Below are positions 19,211-29,134 of a stretch of DNA of 64,000 nucleotides, one piece after another. The stretch lies in assembly GCA_041690135.1 (NCBI GenBank), contig JAWLHY010000016.1:1-64000 (forward strand), in the 5' to 3' direction. Origin of the DNA: Armatimonadota bacterium (lineage in GTDB: Bacteria > Armatimonadota > SYMT01). The notes beneath the pieces were generated by a model. It searched no databases, was not told where the DNA came from, and worked only from the letters and a program-made list of their open reading frames with translations. Each line of letters starts with the position of its first letter. Positions within the stretch are counted from its first letter, which is position 1. Made by a program: the position numbers and the translations under genes.

Positions 19211-19563
19211 CCGTAAATACTCCGTCCAGGCGTGCGTCTAGCCGTCTGTTATCTTTCGGGATTCTGGCGCGCTACCCACTGCTTCTTTAGGGCCTTCGGT
19301 CGAATCAGGTGGGATGACAAGACCTTTTGTCGTCGCACGCGGGGAAAGAGCGGCCAGGGAGTGCAGAAGCAGCGGGAGTGAGGGTGAGAGTGGGAGAAGG
19401 CGTCGGAACGGCGGGCGTGAGTGTGGGGAGGGAGCAAGCGCAGGATTAGGAGTAAGAGTTGGAAACAGGAACGCGGGACGGGAGGGGTGGCAGGTGGATG
19501 CGGCTGGCGGGGAGAGGACGGGGCCGGAGCGACGCGGTCGCCGTTCCGGCCAGGGAGCGCTCT

Positions 19564-20727
19564 CTAAAGCTGGGCGTAGCTCTTGAGGAGACGGTTAAAG
19601 GTATCGGGGTCGAGGCTGGAAGCGCGAGCGTTCTCCGTGGTGATGGTGCCCATACGCACGAGGTTGACGAGGGCCTTATCCAGCGTCTGCATACCACTCT
19701 GCGCGCCGATTTCCATACAGGAGTACAGCTGGTCGGTGCGGCCCTCCCGGATCAGATTCCGGACGGCGCTGTTTGCCAGCATGATCTCCACGGCGGGCAC
19801 CCGCCCGCCGCCCGTACGTGGAAGCAGTTGCTGGGCCACCACGGCCTCGAGGGCATTGGCAAGCTGGACCTTGATCTGGTCTTGCTGATAGGGCGGAAAG
19901 ACATCGACGATGCGGTCGATGGTCTGCGGCGCGTTCCGGGTGTGAAGGGTGGCAAACACCAGGTGGCCCGTTTCGGCCAGCGTAATGGCGGAGGAAATGG
20001 TGATCAGGTCACGCATTTCCCCGACCAGGATCACATCGGGGTCCTCGCGCAGAATCGAGCGCAGAGCATTGTCGAAAGTGTGGGTGTCCTGGCCGAGCTC
20101 CCGCTGGTGAATCATCGCCTTCTTGTGGCTGTGCAGGTACTCGATCGGGTCCTCGATCGTCATGATGTGACAATCCCGCTCGTTGTTGATGATGTCGATC
20201 ATACTGGCGAGCGTGGTGGACTTGCCAGCGCCGGTGGCACCGGTCACCAGGATCAAGCCGCTGGGCTTCCGGGTGAGCTCCCGCAGGAGCGGCGGCAGGC
20301 GCAGTTCCTCGAGCGTCGGCACTTTCGTGGGAATCGCCCGTAGCGCTGCCCCGATAACGCCGCGCTGGCGGTAGACGTTGAACCGGTACCTCCCCACCCC
20401 AATCAGCCCATAGGAGAAGTCCAGTTCGTAGTTCTTCTCGAACGTCTGGATCTGCTGGTTGGTGAGCACTTCGTAGACGAGCCGCTGGACATCCATGTTG
20501 GTGAGCGGCTCGTAGTTGAGGCGCACCAGCCGGCCGTCGAGACGCACGACCGGCGGGAGACTCACCGAGAGATGGATATCCGAAGCGCCGCGCTGGCCGG
20601 CCTCCACGAGGAGATCGTCGATGTGGAGGTCACCAATGGGAAGTGCGGCATTCCCGGGGACCTGGGAGCCGAGGTCCAGGGGATTCGACAACGGTTCCTG
20701 AAGCCAGTTACCCACTGTAAATGACAC
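19564..20727 (-). CDS. pilT: type IV pilus retraction ATPase PilT
   Basis: ASDIHL, GATGAGKSTT, TIEDPIEY, LREDPDVILVGEMRD, AETGHLV.ATLH, AVRNLIRE, GMQTLD; GTG start with GGAGGAG RBS overlaps the pilB 3' end. Confidence 0.95.
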   Translation of the reverse strand: MSFTVGNWLQEPLSNPLDLGSQVPGNAALPIGDLHIDDLLVEAGQRGASDIHLSVSLPPVVRLDGRLVRLNYEPLTNMDVQRLVYEVLTNQQIQTFEKNYELDFSYGLIGVGRYRFNVYRQRGVIGAALRAIPTKVPTLEELRLPPLLRELTRKPSGLILVTGATGAGKSTTLASMIDIINNERDCHIMTIEDPIEYLHSHKKAMIHQRELGQDTHTFDNALRSILREDPDVILVGEMRDLITISSAITLAETGHLVFATLHTRNAPQTIDRIVDVFPPYQQDQIKVQLANALEAVVAQQLLPRTGGGRVPAVEIMLANSAVRNLIREGRTDQLYSCMEIGAQSGMQTLDKALVNLVRMGTITTENARASSLDPDTFNRLLKSYAQL

Positions 20728-22432
20728 GCAGGGTCTCCTCCAAAGTGGTAATGCCGAGCAAGACCTTTTCAGTCGCGTCGGACTTGAGCGTCACCATGCC
20801 GTTGCGGATGGCGGCCTCGCGGATACGGTGCCCACTCTCGCGGTTCAGCGCGAGATCGCGGACCTCGTCGTTGACGGCCATCAGCTCATAGATTCCCGTC
20901 CGTCCCTTGTAACCGGTGCCCTTGCAGTACTCGCAGCCGCGTCCGCGGTAGAACTTGACGCCCTGCGTGTTCTCCGACGTGAGCCCCAGGCGACGGACCG
21001 CATCCATCGGCGGCTGGTAGGCCATTTTGCAGCGGGGACAGATGACGCGGGCCAGGCGCTGGGCGAGCACCCCGACGACCGCGGAGGAGATCAGGAACGG
21101 CTCCACCTCCATATCCAGGAGGCGCGCAATAGCACCGGGTGCGTCGTTGGTGTGGAGCGTCGAAAGCACCAGGTGGCCGGTCAGCGCCGCTTCTACGGCG
21201 ATCAGCGCCGTTTCGCCGTCTCGGATCTCACCGACCATGATGATGTTGGGGTCCTGGCGGAGCATACACCGCAGACCGGCCGCAAAGGTGAGCCCGGCGC
21301 GGGGGTTCACCCCGACCTGCGTGATTCCCGGCAATTCGTATTCCACCGGATCCTCAATGGTGAGGATGTTCTTCTCGGTGCTGTTGAGCTTGGAGAGCAC
21401 CGAGTAAAGGGTCGTGGATTTACCGGATCCGGTGGGCCCCGTTACGAGAATGATGCCGTAGGTTCGCTGGATCAGGTTCTCGAACTGCTCCAGCGTCTTG
21501 GGCATGATCCCGAGCCGGTGGAGGCCAACGCTAATGGCGCTCTTGTCGAGAACGCGGAGCACCACCTTTTCCCCGAATACGGAGGGCAGGGTGGAAACGC
21601 GGTAGTCCCACTGCTTGCCTTCCACCATCAGGCTGATGCGTCCGTCCTGTGGGGCGCGCTTCTCCGCAATGTCCATCGAGGCCATGATTTTGATGCGGGA
21701 GACCAGGGACTGCTGCACCTTCTTAGGCAGTTGCATCTGTTCCTGGAGGATGCCGTCAATGCGGTAACGCACGCGCATTCCCTCGCGAGTCGGCTCGATG
21801 TGGATGTCGCTGGCTCCGTCCTTGACCGCCTGGCCCAAGATCAGGTTCGACAGGCGTACGACCGGCGCTTCATCGACGAGTTCGCGTAGCTGGCTCTCGC
21901 TGACTTCCGTTTCATTATCCATCGAGGCCGTGGTGACCTCGATGCTGTCGATGTCAATGTCTTTGAGCGCGTTCTGGACTGCCTGCTGCGAGGTGCCGTC
22001 GTCCGCATAGAAGCGCGAGATGGCGCTGAGGATGTCCTCTTCCTCGGCCATCACGGGTTCCACATCGAGCCCCAGAATCAGGCGCAGGGCGTCGATGGCG
22101 TAAATATCGTTCGGCTCCTTCATCGCGACCACGACCCGGCCATTCGGGCGCGAGATGGGGATCGCTTTGTAGCGGCGGCAGATCTCCTGGCCGACGGAAC
22201 GCACGATATCGTTGTCGACGGGGAAAGAATCGAGCTCTACGAACTCGACCCCCCACTGCTCGGCGAGGCACCGCAATTTGTCCCGCTGGGAGAGGTATCC
22301 CATGCTGACGAGGGTATCCCCGAGGGCCTCGTTGGTGGGAAGGCCGCTTTGTGCTTCCAGGGCGGTATTGAGCTGTTCCCGGGTGATATAGCCTTTGGAG
22401 ACGAGAATCTCCCCCAATTGCATCCTGGCCAT
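20708..22432 (-). CDS. pilB: type IV pilus extension ATPase PilB with MshEN-like N-terminus
   Basis: ASDIHIEP, DIAEKRAPQDG, GPTGSGKSTT, LRQDPNIIMVGEIRD, Zn site CPRC...CEYC. Confidence 0.95.
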   Translation of the reverse strand: MARMQLGEILVSKGYITREQLNTALEAQSGLPTNEALGDTLVSMGYLSQRDKLRCLAEQWGVEFVELDSFPVDNDIVRSVGQEICRRYKAIPISRPNGRVVVAMKEPNDIYAIDALRLILGLDVEPVMAEEEDILSAISRFYADDGTSQQAVQNALKDIDIDSIEVTTASMDNETEVSESQLRELVDEAPVVRLSNLILGQAVKDGASDIHIEPTREGMRVRYRIDGILQEQMQLPKKVQQSLVSRIKIMASMDIAEKRAPQDGRISLMVEGKQWDYRVSTLPSVFGEKVVLRVLDKSAISVGLHRLGIMPKTLEQFENLIQRTYGIILVTGPTGSGKSTTLYSVLSKLNSTEKNILTIEDPVEYELPGITQVGVNPRAGLTFAAGLRCMLRQDPNIIMVGEIRDGETALIAVEAALTGHLVLSTLHTNDAPGAIARLLDMEVEPFLISSAVVGVLAQRLARVICPRCKMAYQPPMDAVRRLGLTSENTQGVKFYRGRGCEYCKGTGYKGRTGIYELMAVNDEVRDLALNRESGHRIREAAIRNGMVTLKSDATEKVLLGITTLEETLRVIYSG

Positions 22433-22490
22433 GGTGTTGTGGATTACCCCCGATAAAGCTGAAGACAGACGAACGACCCTGGGAAACCGG

Positions 22491-22541
22491 GAACGGGCCG
22501 GGGGAGCGGGAGGGACCCCGGCTGCGCCACTCGGCCCGTTC
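22491..22541. terminator. hairpin between pilP-like gene and pilB
   Basis: gaacgggccg...cggcccgttc 10-bp outer stem with additional imperfect pairing. Confidence 0.4.
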
Positions 22542-22578
22542 GTATTAACAAGCCCGGAAGGGATCCGGGTTGGCGACC

Positions 22579-23295
22579 TTAACCTTGCGGCGGGGTTAAC
22601 GTCGCGTCGATCGGCGCGGCAGCGGCGGCCTCATCCTTCTTCCCGAGGGTCACGAAGTACTTGTCGGTGCCGTTGATCAGAAGAATGCCGTCCATCGCGA
22701 TCTTTTTCACCCGGTAGTTATTGGCTACTACGTCGCCGACCTGAAGGATGCGTCGATCCTTTCCGTCCAGCACCGCCAGCGCCATATCGTCGCCGTCTTC
22801 CACGTCGATGACACCGGTAAGCACCACGGTCGGCCGCACCGGTCCGGGAGGCGGCGCCGGGGTAATGACGGAAGGCTGCGCCGGCGGCAGACCTTCGTTC
22901 CCTCCCAGGCTAGGCAGGCCTTCGAAGGTAGGCCACTTCGGCAAACGAGCCGTCCGCGTGGGCGCGGGTGCCGGTGCCGGAGCGGGCGCGGGGGGCGGCG
23001 TGGCCACGGGTTTGCCGGTCTTGAGCGGACGGAACGGATCGGGATTGAAAGTCCCCGGCAACTGGAGGCCCGGAGCACCCGTCTGGGTGATCTGCACGCC
23101 CGCTTCCGCTTCCGGCGTGGTGGACGTCGCTCCGGCCGGCTCACTGGTAGCTGAAGCCTGTTCGGCGGCAGGCGCCGGCTTCTTCTCCCCTCCGACGGCC
23201 TGCATTACCCCGTAGCCGAGCACCCCCACGCAAAGAACGCCGAGGACGATGACCTGGGGCATCTGCTTTTGATCCAGCTTCTCAAACTTTGCCAT
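22579..23295 (-). CDS. PilP/GspC-like pilus assembly protein (TM anchor, Pro-rich linker, beta domain)
   Basis: position after pilO; N-terminal TM; PDPFRP; LTGVI...ALAVLDG...VGDVV...YRVKKI. Confidence 0.65.
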   Translation of the reverse strand: MAKFEKLDQKQMPQVIVLGVLCVGVLGYGVMQAVGGEKKPAPAAEQASATSEPAGATSTTPEAEAGVQITQTGAPGLQLPGTFNPDPFRPLKTGKPVATPPPAPAPAPAPAPTRTARLPKWPTFEGLPSLGGNEGLPPAQPSVITPAPPPGPVRPTVVLTGVIDVEDGDDMALAVLDGKDRRILQVGDVVANNYRVKKIAMDGILLINGTDKYFVTLGKKDEAAAAAPIDATLTPPQG

Positions 23296-23999
23296 TAGTT
23301 GATCCCTCCGGAGGCGGCAATCGCCGTGGTGGTCGGCTTGGCGGTCGTGGGCTCCTTCATAATGAAGGCGGTCAGGCGCAGGTCCACGTCCAGGAGCGCC
23401 GCGCTCTCATCCCTTTGCACACCCCCTTCGGCCCGGTGCGGTCGCAGCTGCATTTCTTCCACGGCAAGAATCTTGGGGAAGCGCGTCAGGTGGTCCGTAA
23501 AGGCCTGAACGGTGCGGTAGCTGCCGACCATGTTCACCTGGATGCCCAGCCGGGTGTAAGGCTCGGGAGCCTTCGTTTCTTCCTTCTTGTCGCCCTCTTG
23601 CTTGTCCCCGTTGGCCTGTGCCTCGGGGTCGCGGCGCTGCTGAAGGCGCGTCGGTGCTTCCTGCACCACCTGCGGGCGCACACCGATCACCCGATTGTTG
23701 GTGTTGATCGCCAACTCTTCCAACTGCTTCAGCAGGGTGGGCACGAACGCCGCGTCGGAAACGGCCGTCTCCAGGAACTGGAGCTTGGCCTGGTCCGCCT
23801 CCAGGTCGAGGCGGGCCTGCTCGCGCCGCTTGGCGATTTTACGACCCTCGGTGACTTCCACTTCTTTCCGCCCCAGGGTGGCACGGGCACTGGTGAGCAC
23901 CGACTGCTGCCAGTAGACGACCCCACCGAAAAGCAGGAGCATCAGAGCCACCCCGCCGCCGAGGATGTAGATGGTGGTCTTAGTTGGTTTTAGTCGCAT
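23295..23999 (-). CDS. pilO: type IV pilus assembly protein PilO
   Basis: TM + coiled coil + VPTLLKQLEELA...GSY...F...L.RFPKILAV; synteny. Confidence 0.85.
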   Translation of the reverse strand: MRLKPTKTTIYILGGGVALMLLLFGGVVYWQQSVLTSARATLGRKEVEVTEGRKIAKRREQARLDLEADQAKLQFLETAVSDAAFVPTLLKQLEELAINTNNRVIGVRPQVVQEAPTRLQQRRDPEAQANGDKQEGDKKEETKAPEPYTRLGIQVNMVGSYRTVQAFTDHLTRFPKILAVEEMQLRPHRAEGGVQRDESAALLDVDLRLTAFIMKEPTTAKPTTTAIAASGGIN

Positions 24000-24582
24000 C
24001 CCCTTCTCCTGGCTTCGCGGCTTCTTCGGGTTGGCTCAACATGGCGGCCAGCTCGAACTCGACGTTCTCACGGTCCTGCAGTTTGATGGTCTGGGTGTAG
24101 CGCAGGTCCACCTTCTGGTAGTGCTCCGCCTGCTGCGTGAGACGATACATCGTCTCGCCCACTCGGGACTGGTTGGCCGTGATGCCGTTGACGCGAATGG
24201 ACATCTCGCCTTCGCCGCCGCGCTCCACGGAGAGGCTCGTGAGCCAGGTCTCTTCCGGAACGGCTCGCTTCATGCCTTCCATAATCCCGTACCACCGGCG
24301 GGTCCGGGCCTGCGCTTCCGTAAGGGTTTCGAGCTTGGGAACCAGGCGGCGCCGGGCTTCTTCATCGGTCTTGATCTGGTCCAGGATGGGATTCAGCTTG
24401 GCCAGTTCTTCGTCGAGACCCCGAATGGCCTGGTTGGTCCCGACGATGTGCGCCGTCTGGAAAGCCACGCCTCCCAGCCCGATACCAGAAGTTGCGATCG
24501 CCGCAAACATGAGCCCTTTGGCGATCTTGGTCAACCGGACCCGCTCCGCGCGCCGCGTGGAAATCAGGTTGATATTGGCCAT
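23980..24582 (-). CDS. pilN: type IV pilus assembly protein PilN
   Basis: MANINLI (INLL-type PilM-binding motif), TM, coiled coil, VPEETWLTSL; TGATG coupling to the pilM stop. Confidence 0.88.
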   Translation of the reverse strand: MANINLISTRRAERVRLTKIAKGLMFAAIATSGIGLGGVAFQTAHIVGTNQAIRGLDEELAKLNPILDQIKTDEEARRRLVPKLETLTEAQARTRRWYGIMEGMKRAVPEETWLTSLSVERGGEGEMSIRVNGITANQSRVGETMYRLTQQAEHYQKVDLRYTQTIKLQDRENVEFELAAMLSQPEEAAKPGEGDATKTN

Positions 24583-25670
24583 CAGTTGTACTCCTTCAGG
24601 GCGAGCCCGGTCGCGACTGCGAGTTCCGGTCCCCGAGAATGCCACTCGGTGGAGACGGCGCGATCACGGAACGGATCCAGCGTCTGGACGTCGATGCCTA
24701 GGCGCTCGCGGAGGTATTCGGGGAGCCCGGGAAGCTGGGTGCCGCCACCCGCCAGTACGAGCTGCTCGACGGCCACTGCCATGCCTGCTTCGGCCGCCTG
24801 GGACTGGAAGTAAATGATGGAACGCCGCAGCTCGCGGATCAGTTCGTCCACGAACGGGAGCGTCACCTGGCGGCCGGGATCCGGCGAATGGAGCATGCCC
24901 ATCTCCGCCATTTCCTGGCTGGAGAGCGGCGTGATATCGATGTGGCGCTTGTGCTGCTCCGCTTCGTCGCCGGGCACGTTCATCACGGACGCGATACTGG
25001 AGGTGAGTGCGTTCCCGCCGATCGGGATCGAGCGGGTTACGGCGACCTCGCTGCCTACCACGATATTCAGGTCCGTGTAGGTGGCGCCCATATCCATGAC
25101 GACCGTGGCCTGTCCGGGTGGCGGCATCAGGCCGGAAGCTTCCATCGAACGGAGGAGGGCGAAGCATTCCACATCGACAGCCACCGGCTCCAGCCCCGCG
25201 CCTTCGATGACGTTGACGCGCCCGTTGACCATCGGCAACGGCGCGACCACCAGCAGCACGTCGAGCTGAGCCGGACTACCACTACGCCCGAGGACTTCAT
25301 ACTCGAGGGCGCTGTTGTCGATGGACACCCCACTGGTGCCCTGATCAACGTGCTTTGCGGCCTCGAAGCGGATCGAGCGCTTGAGGGTGGCGGCGTTCAT
25401 GTCCGGCACCTTGATGGAGCGCACGAGCACGTGCGAGCCGGAGACCGCCGCGATGGTGTCCGTGGTCGGAATGCGCGCGTCGCGGAACAACTGTCGCACG
25501 GCCTCCGTGACGCGGGGCACGTCGAGAATGACACCGTCTTGGACCGCTTCGGGTGGCGTGTTGATGATCCCTGCGTTAATCAGAGACCATCTCCCGCGGC
25601 CCCGCTCCAGGTGAACGGCCTTGATCTGGCTGCTCCCTATATCCAGCCCCACCACACTACTGGCGGCCAT
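24582..25670 (-). CDS. pilM: type IV pilus assembly protein PilM
   Basis: VGLDIGSSQIKAV, DMGATYT, RSIPIGG, ELRRSIIYF, LAGGG..LPGL, AVATGLAL. Confidence 0.95.
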   Translation of the reverse strand: MAASSVVGLDIGSSQIKAVHLERGRGRWSLINAGIINTPPEAVQDGVILDVPRVTEAVRQLFRDARIPTTDTIAAVSGSHVLVRSIKVPDMNAATLKRSIRFEAAKHVDQGTSGVSIDNSALEYEVLGRSGSPAQLDVLLVVAPLPMVNGRVNVIEGAGLEPVAVDVECFALLRSMEASGLMPPPGQATVVMDMGATYTDLNIVVGSEVAVTRSIPIGGNALTSSIASVMNVPGDEAEQHKRHIDITPLSSQEMAEMGMLHSPDPGRQVTLPFVDELIRELRRSIIYFQSQAAEAGMAVAVEQLVLAGGGTQLPGLPEYLRERLGIDVQTLDPFRDRAVSTEWHSRGPELAVATGLALKEYN

Positions 25671-25724
25671 GCTTCTTTACTCCTGCACTCCCCCGCGGAT
25701 GTGGACCATCCGGTCCGGGAGTTT

Positions 25725-25780
25725 GGTTGAAGGTTGAAGGGTCTAGGTTGAAAGTTGAAAGCTCAAAGTTGAAGGTTGCG
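25725..25780. repeat. degenerate heptamer tandem repeat (RGTTGAA) x8
   Basis: ggttgaa ggttgaa gggtcta ggttgaa agttgaa agctcaa agttgaa ggttgcg, in the pilM leader. Confidence 0.85.
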
Positions 25781-26187
25781 TGGGACGAGACCAGCGGCGT
25801 TACCTCAACCCGGCCCCGTCCGTCTCCGGTGTTCGGCCCCGGCAGGGCTCTTTCCCGGCTGCGAACCGATTATTGGCAGAGTTTCTCCTCACCTAGAGGG
25901 GGGCCTTGGATCGGGGCGGCATGGCAGTTAGAAGGAAGCGGCCCGGTGCAGGATACCCCCAGGAGTAGCAAGGCGATTACATCTCAAGTAGTAGAATAGC
26001 CGGCCTGGCAAATGAGAGCAAGAATTGCGATTGGGGCAGAGCTGCCGCCGCGCCGCCGGTAAGTCTTGGGGTCGGCGTGGGACGCGGTCGGCAACGAACC
26101 GCGAGGCGAGGCAGTGTGGGGGGATGGGAATGCGGTGGTCGCCGCTGCAGCAACCACCGCATTCGCCGGTCTAACAACGCTTCGGAG

Positions 26188-27660
26188 CTACTTCGCGGAC
26201 TTGAGATCGTTGAGGAGTTCGAGAAGCGTGGATGCGATGCGGGGAGAGGCGCCCACCTCCAGATAGCTGGAGCGAGCGCGCCAGGTTTCGTAGCCACCCA
26301 GGGCGTGATGTTCCGGGGTCGGCAGGTAGCCGTTGTAGCCGTTGGCGAGGGAGATGGTGAAGTTCGGTTTCAGCGGGCTGCGTTTCTTCAGGTCGAGGCC
26401 GATCTCCACAAAGACTTCGCAGGGTATGGCCGTAATGGAGAGGTCGCCGATGCGCATCGCCTGGAGGATCACGGGGACCTGGTCGGGGTACTCCGCAAGC
26501 AGGACCGATTCGCGCGCGTAGATGGCTTCTACCGTGGTGAGAGGTCCGGGCTTCGCCTTTGCGAGTTCCTCCCTCTTGAGGATGTCCTTCGCCCGGACGA
26601 GCTCCGCGGGCTGCGGCTTGCGGACGCCGAGCTGGATCTCCCGCTGCGCCACTCCCAGCGGCACCCAATCGTGGTGGCGGATCGACTGCTGCACCCGGAC
26701 GGCTTCGGCGGCGACCTTATGAGCGACTTCACGCATCTTCTCATACGGCTTCGGGCGGGTTACCGCCGGACCGCGCCAGTTGATGTTGTTGATGTCGCCA
26801 CTGGTCCCGTTGCTCATAATCCCCACGAATCCGGGGTCCTGGCGATCCGCTTTGAGTAACTCCTGCACCCGGTCGGCGAACATCCCAAAGTAGTCCGCGG
26901 AGATGTGCCCAGGACCGGTGCCGCCCACATAGTGCAGGGAGTAGTTGGCCAACAGGGCAATCGGCCGATTTTCCTTGGTTACCACCGATAGCACGGAGAC
27001 TTCCGGGTCGGTCGGACCGGCGGGCTCCACCAGGTTCGGACTCGCGACGCCGGGATTCATTTTCACCTGGTCCGTACCGCCGAAGGGGTTGGGCATCGGG
27101 GTGCCGGGCTTCAGCTTCCAGCGCCGGTTGAACACCTCATCCGGAACGGAGCCACTCCCCCACCCGATTTTCGCCGGGGCGAGGTTGTTGGTGGCGCGGC
27201 GGATGCCGTCGGCGACTTTCCGGGCAACGTACTTCGGATACTCCGGGTCGGGATCGCTCTGGAAGACCGAGGCGCAAGTGCCGCCGGAGTGGGAGTGGGT
27301 GGCGGAGATGAGGATCCGCTCCTGGGAAATCCCCGCCTCGTCTTGCACCAGGCGGCGGGCCTCGTCCGTGAGCGTGCGGGGAAGCATGCAGGCGTCCACC
27401 ACGGCGAATGCCACCCGCGTCTTACCGTCGTCCAGAACCAGGCAGCGGGCGTGGAGTTCGTCGTGGACGTGCTGTGCGCGAACGTCACGCATGTTGCCGT
27501 TGATGGAGGTGCCCAACTTCGGGGTGATGTTGCTGGTGGCGGCTCCGGCCTGGAACACGCGGGCCGCCTCCTGGGCTCCCGCGTGAGCGGTCGCGGAGAG
27601 TACGGCACCGGCCAAACCGATGCCGAGAAGAACGCGCTGAACTGGGGTTGCGGACATCAT
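26188..27660 (-). CDS. secreted neutral/alkaline ceramidase-like metallohydrolase
   Basis: signal peptide; HDELHARCLVLDDG, ISATHSHS, GPTDPEV, NYSLHY, GTSGDIN, ANGYNGYLPT...GGYE. Confidence 0.8.
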   Translation of the reverse strand: MMSATPVQRVLLGIGLAGAVLSATAHAGAQEAARVFQAGAATSNITPKLGTSINGNMRDVRAQHVHDELHARCLVLDDGKTRVAFAVVDACMLPRTLTDEARRLVQDEAGISQERILISATHSHSGGTCASVFQSDPDPEYPKYVARKVADGIRRATNNLAPAKIGWGSGSVPDEVFNRRWKLKPGTPMPNPFGGTDQVKMNPGVASPNLVEPAGPTDPEVSVLSVVTKENRPIALLANYSLHYVGGTGPGHISADYFGMFADRVQELLKADRQDPGFVGIMSNGTSGDINNINWRGPAVTRPKPYEKMREVAHKVAAEAVRVQQSIRHHDWVPLGVAQREIQLGVRKPQPAELVRAKDILKREELAKAKPGPLTTVEAIYARESVLLAEYPDQVPVILQAMRIGDLSITAIPCEVFVEIGLDLKKRSPLKPNFTISLANGYNGYLPTPEHHALGGYETWRARSSYLEVGASPRIASTLLELLNDLKSAK

Positions 27661-27960
27661 GACAGTGTAGCTACCAGTGAGAAGAGTGCGACGCTCGGGG
27701 GCGTCAGGGAACGGTTCGACGGGCATAACGGCAAGGACCTGCCCGAAGATTCCCGTGGTGGCGCAAGTTCCATGGTTACCACCGCGGGCTGGGGACGAGG
27801 AAAGCTACCAAGCGGTTGAGATCGGAGAGCCTCGTTCTCGGCATGCGGTGGGTAGGAAGTAAGTGGCGTTGGGGTGTATTTCTCACCCTCTCCTGGGAAG
27901 CAACAGCAGGGTGTTCTGAGCCGGGGTCCCCACCCCGGATACCGGCAGTGGACCGCGGGA

Positions 27961-29019
27961 ATGACGATGCTGGAGCTGTTGGAACCACGAGGGGACCTGG
28001 AAAAGGTCGCCGTCATCTTCAACCCGGCTTGCGGGACGCTGGATCCTCAACTCCGCAGGTCGCACCTGGAAGGCCTAGCCCATGCCGCTGGGCTTTCATG
28101 CCCGCTGGGGGAAACAGATGCTGAGCTAGGCGCTGAACCGCTGGCACAGAAGGCCGTGGCGGACGGGATGGAACGGGTGCTGGTGTCGGGCGGCGACGGA
28201 ACCGTGAAAGAAGCGGCCGAGGCGCTGGTGGGGACCGGGGTGGACCTGGCGGTCTTGCCGGCGGGTACCGGCAACCTGTTGGCGGTGAACGTGGGCATTC
28301 CGAACGATACGGAAGCGGCGATGCGCCTGGCGCTTTCCGGAGAGGCTCTTCCAACCGATGTCGGCCGGGCCAACGGGCAGGTATTCCTGATCATGGCCGG
28401 GATAGGCGCCGATGCCCGGATGATCCGGGACGCCGACCGCAACCTGAAACGCCGCCTGGGTCCCCTGGCGTACTTCGCCGCGGCACTGCGCAACCTGGGG
28501 CGACCTCGAACACTTTTCACGATCACCGTGGACGGGAGACAGGTCCGGCGCCACGCGCAGACCGTCCTCGTGGCGAACCTGGGGCGGATCACGGGCGGGA
28601 TCGAGTTGATCCCCGGCGCCGACCCTGCCGATGGACTCCTGCAGGTAGCCGTGCTCCGGGCCCGCACCTTGCGGGAAATGGGGGAACTGGCGTGGGGCGC
28701 GCTACTCGGCCGCGTCCGCAGCGACGACCGGTTGGAAATCTATTCGGGACGGGACGTCCTCATCGAGTCGGACACGCCGCAGCCGGTGGAATTGGACGGG
28801 AATGACGTGGGAACTACCTCGCGCCTGCAGGTAACCGTGGAGCCGGGAGCGCTGCGCCTTATCCGGCCCTCGGAATTCGAGCGTTCTCCCGTGGCCCTTC
28901 CCGCCGTGGCTGGGGATGTGCTTTCCCGGCCGTGGCGCGCGGCAGCGGTATTGGGAGCGCTGGGAGTGGCCGCGGCTGCGGGCTACCTGGTGTGGCGGCG
29001 AGGCCGAAAGCCGAGATAG
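27961..29019 (+). CDS. diacylglycerol/lipid kinase family protein (YegS/BmrU-like)
   Basis: IFNPACG, SGGDGT, LPAGTGNLLA, AGIGADA, ELDG; C-terminal TM. Confidence 0.9.
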   Translation: MTMLELLEPRGDLEKVAVIFNPACGTLDPQLRRSHLEGLAHAAGLSCPLGETDAELGAEPLAQKAVADGMERVLVSGGDGTVKEAAEALVGTGVDLAVLPAGTGNLLAVNVGIPNDTEAAMRLALSGEALPTDVGRANGQVFLIMAGIGADARMIRDADRNLKRRLGPLAYFAAALRNLGRPRTLFTITVDGRQVRRHAQTVLVANLGRITGGIELIPGADPADGLLQVAVLRARTLREMGELAWGALLGRVRSDDRLEIYSGRDVLIESDTPQPVELDGNDVGTTSRLQVTVEPGALRLIRPSEFERSPVALPAVAGDVLSRPWRAAAVLGALGVAAAAGYLVWRRGRKPR

Positions 29020-29044
29020 GCCGGTGCTACTGAGTAGTGCTGCG

Positions 29045-29091
29045 AGACCCGCGACGGCGAATGGGCTCTCCCCATTCACTGTCGCGGGTCT
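29045..29091. terminator. long hairpin between convergent genes
   Basis: agacccgcgacggcgaatggg-ctctc-cccattcactgtcgcgggtct. Confidence 0.6.
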
Positions 29092-29134
29092 GGAAGAATC
29101 TCCGGCAGCGGGCAACGCGCCCATAACGCGTACC

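Noticed and set aside
17117-19216. 699-aa plus-strand ORF, and similar long antisense ORFs (2747..4117, 38924..40075, 60717..62417)
   Set aside because: Shadow ORFs of well-supported opposite-strand genes, common in high-GC DNA.
25790-26050. Possible c-di-GMP riboswitch in the long pilM leader
   Set aside because: I could not find GEMM-I/II signature elements by eye; an Rfam scan is needed.
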